A DNA stretch of 18,205 nucleotides, taken from IMG/VR virus record IMGVR_UViG_3300033405_000009; one strand, given 5' to 3'. A program made the translations under genes and the position numbers. Every line of letters starts with the position of its first letter. Within the stretch, counting starts at the first letter, position 1. The notes below the pieces were generated by a model, which searched no databases, was not told the DNA's origin, and saw nothing but the letters and a program-made list of their open reading frames with translations. Positions 14,876 to 18,205 of the stretch are shown here, in pieces. The stretch comes from a virus.

Positions 14876-15754
14876 TTACGCTCGGGGCGGTGGATAAGCC
14901 ATCACTCGAGAGCGCAGGGACTCAGCCTTGGTTCGACTGCAATTCAAAAGCAAGTGTAGACGAGGGTTATTTCGAAGCCTCTCCACATCTCTATAAAGAT
15001 CATATATTTTAATATCGCGAAGAGGCACAATAAAGCCTCCTCCTGGGGAGGTACGAAATGCGATTGCGCACATGTGCGATCCCGGCCCGTATATGGAACT
15101 GCTTGAATACCGCATGCGAGCCAGAAACTCTGGCTTATAACCTAATTTCTTTTCTAGGAAAGATTCCACCGCTTCAATTCGAGAAAATCCTGTAAATTTC
15201 TTTTCTCTCCCAATAGAAAAATTGCACGCCACGATTCCTCCCGGAGCGACAGCTTTTGCAGCCGCACCAATCCGATTTAGCGTGTAGTCAGAAACTTGAT
15301 TTGAGAAATCCAGATAAATAGATTCGAATGGGATGTGAATGTCGTCTAGGACCTTCGATACGTCTGTATGTAAGATCGTGATGGTTGGAAACTTAACAGA
15401 GAAATTTTCGACGGCTTCTTTGTCAATGTCCACGGCCAACATACTGTCGTCACTAACTCGCAAACCTCTGAGGACTGATGCGTCTCCTCCTTCGCTTGAA
15501 GACAGAAACAGATGAGGACCACTGCGGAAGCGCTTTGGTCCAAGTGCTTCCATAACAGCCTCCCAAATGCGGAGACGGACTGCTTTTTTAGGTTGACTGT
15601 CTCCCCGGTAAGTGCACCGGGTGGCCCTCGTTGGACCCGGTGCACTCGTAGCACACATCGCTCTTATCTCTTCGAGAATGAGTTCTCGAAGAGATTCACC
15701 TACGAGACGTTTAAGGGCCAACCGCGGAGTCATCACTCCACGCGATCGTAGCAC
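14876..15754 (-). CDS. hypothetical protein (292 aa), possibly Rossmann/methyltransferase-like (LAVDIDKEAVENF ... FESIYLDF)
   Basis: ORF with TAA stop; weak motif resemblance only. Confidence 0.4.
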   Translation of the reverse strand: MLRSRGVMTPRLALKRLVGESLRELILEEIRAMCATSAPGPTRATRCTYRGDSQPKKAVRLRIWEAVMEALGPKRFRSGPHLFLSSSEGGDASVLRGLRVSDDSMLAVDIDKEAVENFSVKFPTITILHTDVSKVLDDIHIPFESIYLDFSNQVSDYTLNRIGAAAKAVAPGGIVACNFSIGREKKFTGFSRIEAVESFLEKKLGYKPEFLARMRYSSSSIYGPGSHMCAIAFRTSPGGGFIVPLRDIKIYDLYRDVERLRNNPRLHLLLNCSRTKAESLRSRVMAYPPPRA

Positions 15755-16221
15755 TTCTTGAGGTGCGTGAATGTCATGTGCTTGGCCTGAGTCCGACCCT
15801 TCTCGCTCTTGAGAATCCTCGGGGTAATACCAGTGACATCCATGGACGCGATCTCAATGATCCTATCCTTTACATCGAGATAACTCTTTCCCTTGAATTG
15901 CTGCCCCAGCGCCAAGCCCATCTGACGGGCTACCCTGGGAACCACCGGGGTCTTAGCTTGAAGAGGTGCCGAACCACGAAGCTGCTTGTTTGCAGCCCTC
16001 TTCTTGGCAGCCTTCTTGGCAGATGCACTTCGCTTCGGGTCGGGCGCCTTCTTTGCAGAGGTTGCAGGAGTAGCGAGGGTAGACTCTGGCTCAATGTCCG
16101 GTACCTCCTCTCTCGTGAGTTCCTCCATGAGGACCTCTCGGACGGTCTCCCGGACCAGCTTTCGAAGATCAGCCCCAACGGTTTCTCGAACGATTTCCTT
16201 GACCAGACTTCGTAGATTCAT
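15733..16221 (-). CDS. Lys/Ala-rich putative DNA-binding protein (internal ATG at 16221 preceded by GGAGG)
   Basis: Repeats LVKEIVRETV / LVRETVREVL, then KKAPDPKRSASAKKAAKKRAANK, then a globular C-terminus. SD ggttcGGAGGattcaATG. Confidence 0.45.
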   Translation of the reverse strand: MNLRSLVKEIVRETVGADLRKLVRETVREVLMEELTREEVPDIEPESTLATPATSAKKAPDPKRSASAKKAAKKRAANKQLRGSAPLQAKTPVVPRVARQMGLALGQQFKGKSYLDVKDRIIEIASMDVTGITPRILKSEKGRTQAKHMTFTHLKKCYDRVE

Positions 16222-16266
16222 TGAATCCTCCGAACCTGGAATACGCAACACCTAGAATGATTTACG

Positions 16267-17547
16267 CTACGACGATTTCCTGGTAGTCAAGGCCTCGAGA
16301 GTAAGTTCTTGCAGAACTTCTACCTCATCAGTTGCCGCGCTCAATCGTTTCATAATGGCATCAGCGCGACGACGCCTGTCATCTTTCAATGCGGTAGTCA
16401 ACATCCGGATTTCTTTGAGAACAGGTTCCACAACCGTATCTCGAAGCAATTCGATCGATTTTTCTGCTGCTTGAATATGACCAGCCGCATTAGTGGCAGA
16501 CACGGCATTCATTTTCTGCTCAATAGACTTGGCCTGATTCTCATGCAAAGTCCGGATTTGATTATTCAAGTCGGACTTCATAAGGTCCAACTTCATTTCA
16601 AATTTGATCATGTGCCCATTCATGGCAACTAGATCTCCCTCCAGCGTATCAAGCCTTCGAGTAGTCTTATCGACATTCTCACCCAGAATCTTGAAAATTG
16701 AATTTTGTGATTTCAGCGTGTCGAGAATTTTCGACAGAATCTCAGCCACAGCATGATCTGACTTTTCCTCGGATGATGGAGCGACAGATGACTCTGTAGA
16801 CGCCACCAATTCGGCTTCTACGACTGCGATCTTTTCCTCCATCGGAGGACCCGCAGAAGTCTCATCCTCTTCATCCTCACTTTCTTCATCCTTCTTCTCA
16901 GGGCTTTCTGACTGGCCATGACTGGCCTTGCAAGGGTCATTTGGATTGATCAGAGTGAAGAGACACGGTTCTGTCTGCCCGTCGATGAGCTTTTGGATTT
17001 CCTCTTTGTTGAGGATTTCTAAAGTAATTTTGGCTCCCTCTCCTTGAAGCTTCAGATAACCCTTCTCGACGAGGCCATCGATCAAGACGTTTTGCCAAGT
17101 CGGGATTCTGGCCACTCGCTCTTGATACCTGTCACCCTTCTTTGGAACAAACATGTTCCGTTTAATCATGGGTGAGGTGGACTGTGAAAGACGACGCAAT
17201 CCGCGGGTCGCCACAGCGACCTTTGCATTTAATTCTCTCATGGAAACAGCATATGAATTCCGCACGTCGCCACCATTCTCTTTGGTATAGGATGCAAGAT
17301 CTCCTGATACTTCTTTCAGAGCTGTCTGGATTCTGGTGTTAGAACTCGGGAAGTAACAGTCTTCCCCCTTCCTTCTACTAAGGACGACATCATTCCCCGT
17401 TGCAAGGGTTCGCATAACTGCTACTTGCCAAGAACGTGAGATTGGCCCACAACCAACGAAAATTTCCGATACAGGCATGGGCTGCTTAGCATTCTTTAGG
17501 ACGCTAAGTACATGCAGAAGAATTTGACATTTCTCTGCTTGATTCAC
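16267..17547 (-). CDS. hypothetical protein (426 aa) with acidic linker (EESEDEEDE) and long C-terminal coiled coil
   Basis: ORF with TAG stop; heptad-rich C-terminal 150 aa. Confidence 0.45.
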   Translation of the reverse strand: MNQAEKCQILLHVLSVLKNAKQPMPVSEIFVGCGPISRSWQVAVMRTLATGNDVVLSRRKGEDCYFPSSNTRIQTALKEVSGDLASYTKENGGDVRNSYAVSMRELNAKVAVATRGLRRLSQSTSPMIKRNMFVPKKGDRYQERVARIPTWQNVLIDGLVEKGYLKLQGEGAKITLEILNKEEIQKLIDGQTEPCLFTLINPNDPCKASHGQSESPEKKDEESEDEEDETSAGPPMEEKIAVVEAELVASTESSVAPSSEEKSDHAVAEILSKILDTLKSQNSIFKILGENVDKTTRRLDTLEGDLVAMNGHMIKFEMKLDLMKSDLNNQIRTLHENQAKSIEQKMNAVSATNAAGHIQAAEKSIELLRDTVVEPVLKEIRMLTTALKDDRRRRADAIMKRLSAATDEVEVLQELTLEALTTRKSS

Positions 17548-17576
17548 GCGATCCGCTACGCGAGATGAATTTGCAT

Positions 17577-18205
17577 CTACGATTTCGGTCCAGTGAAAGC
17601 GATGATCTCACCAGCTGGTTTGCGATAATCTGCGGGACCGCCTACGGACCTTGTGCCCGTGAAAGTGTCCATATCGAATCGGCTGTAGAGACGGAGCGCG
17701 TCTTCGGCCACTGAATTGCTCAAGACCGTGCGTACCCCATCTTCACCCAAATCTGTGAAGACTTTCGCAAGCAGTTCGTGTTGCTCGAGAGTGAATCCGT
17801 TCGCAGTATATGATGTGAACTTGGAGGTTTTAGAAACGGGGATATAGGGAGGGTCGAAATATACGGCATCTCCATGCTTTGCCTTCAAGCAGATATTCTG
17901 GAATGAATCTGTACAAAGTTCGACATTTTCCTGCAGAACGGCCGAAACTGCTTCCAAATTCTTCTGATCGCAAATGAGCGGGTTTGTGTATTTCCCGAAT
18001 GGTGTATTGAATTTTCCATCAAGGTTTACACGATAGAGCCCATTGAAACCCGTGCGATTCAAATAGATGAACCGTGCGGCTACTTTGATCGAATCCAATT
18101 TCTCAGGATCCAGCTTACGAATGGCTAAATACGCCTGTTTCTCATAGACATATTTGCTCTTCCGAAGCTCGCGAATGAGTTCGGGAAGACTGTCTCGAAT
18201 GACTT
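17577..18205 (-). CDS. Dam-type DNA adenine-N6 methyltransferase (D12 class); 5' end lies beyond the window edge
   Basis: Motifs FIYLNRTGFNGLYRVN and DAVYFDPPY (DPPY motif IV). The frame stays open from the called TTG at 18098 upstream to position 18205 (...IRDSLPELIRELRKSKYVYEKQAYLAIRKLDPEK...), so the N-terminal SAM-binding part is outside the window. Confidence 0.8.
   Translation of the reverse strand, partial: VIRDSLPELIRELRKSKYVYEKQAYLAIRKLDPEKLDSIKVAARFIYLNRTGFNGLYRVNLDGKFNTPFGKYTNPLICDQKNLEAVSAVLQENVELCTDSFQNICLKAKHGDAVYFDPPYIPVSKTSKFTSYTANGFTLEQHELLAKVFTDLGEDGVRTVLSNSVAEDALRLYSRFDMDTFTGTRSVGGPADYRKPAGEIIAFTGPKS

Noticed and set aside
1-18205. Uniform genetic code 4 or 25 (all TGA sense) for the whole window
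   Set aside because: TGA terminates at least six well-supported long ORFs (pyrE, pyrD, SPFH, two more, plus the RF 0-frame). For pyrD, readthrough would run the frame straight into the tRNA genes. Recoding, if real, is partial or conditional.
1-18205. CRISPR arrays, IS elements or integrase genes
   Set aside because: No spaced direct repeats, no terminal inverted repeats flanking a transposase-like ORF, and no tyrosine or serine recombinase motifs were seen in any frame.

Overview
This is a gene-dense window with a bacterial-type organisation, and nearly all genes lie on the minus strand. Short start/stop overlaps (ATGA, TAATG) join many adjacent genes. Shine-Dalgarno-like sites, three lipobox lipoproteins and a tmRNA point to a bacterial chromosome, or to a very large phage with host-like genes. 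I cannot decide between the two from sequence alone.

Recognisable content:
- tmRNA (ssrA) with tag ANDNAARLAA.
- Four minus-strand tRNAs: two with anticodon UCA (UGA-reading), one Met/CAU, and one aberrant tRNA-like sequence with anticodon UAU.
- A T7-lysozyme-type peptidoglycan amidase.
- pyrE, a VanW-like lipoprotein, and a class-1 dihydroorotate dehydrogenase.
- A Lys/Ala-rich histone-H1-like protein with a clean intrinsic terminator.
- An N-terminally truncated class-I release factor (RF1-like PxT loop) whose reading frame needs a prfB-style +1 frameshift at CUU-UGA-C.
- An SPFH/band-7 lipoprotein module.
- A tight 7-kb minus-strand cluster: SAM-methyltransferase-like gene, C-terminal J-domain protein, acidic (EPDP)n-repeat protein, Lys-rich protein, coiled-coil protein and a Dam-type DPPY adenine methyltransferase. 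The Dam gene runs off the window end.

The most unusual signal is a translation toolkit concentrated in 9 kb: tmRNA, two UGA-decoding tRNAs, a frameshift-controlled truncated release factor, and a PTH2-like peptidyl-tRNA hydrolase ORF interrupted by an in-frame TGA. This suggests partial or conditional UGA recoding, or suppression, layered on an otherwise standard code. TGA still ends at least six long ORFs here.
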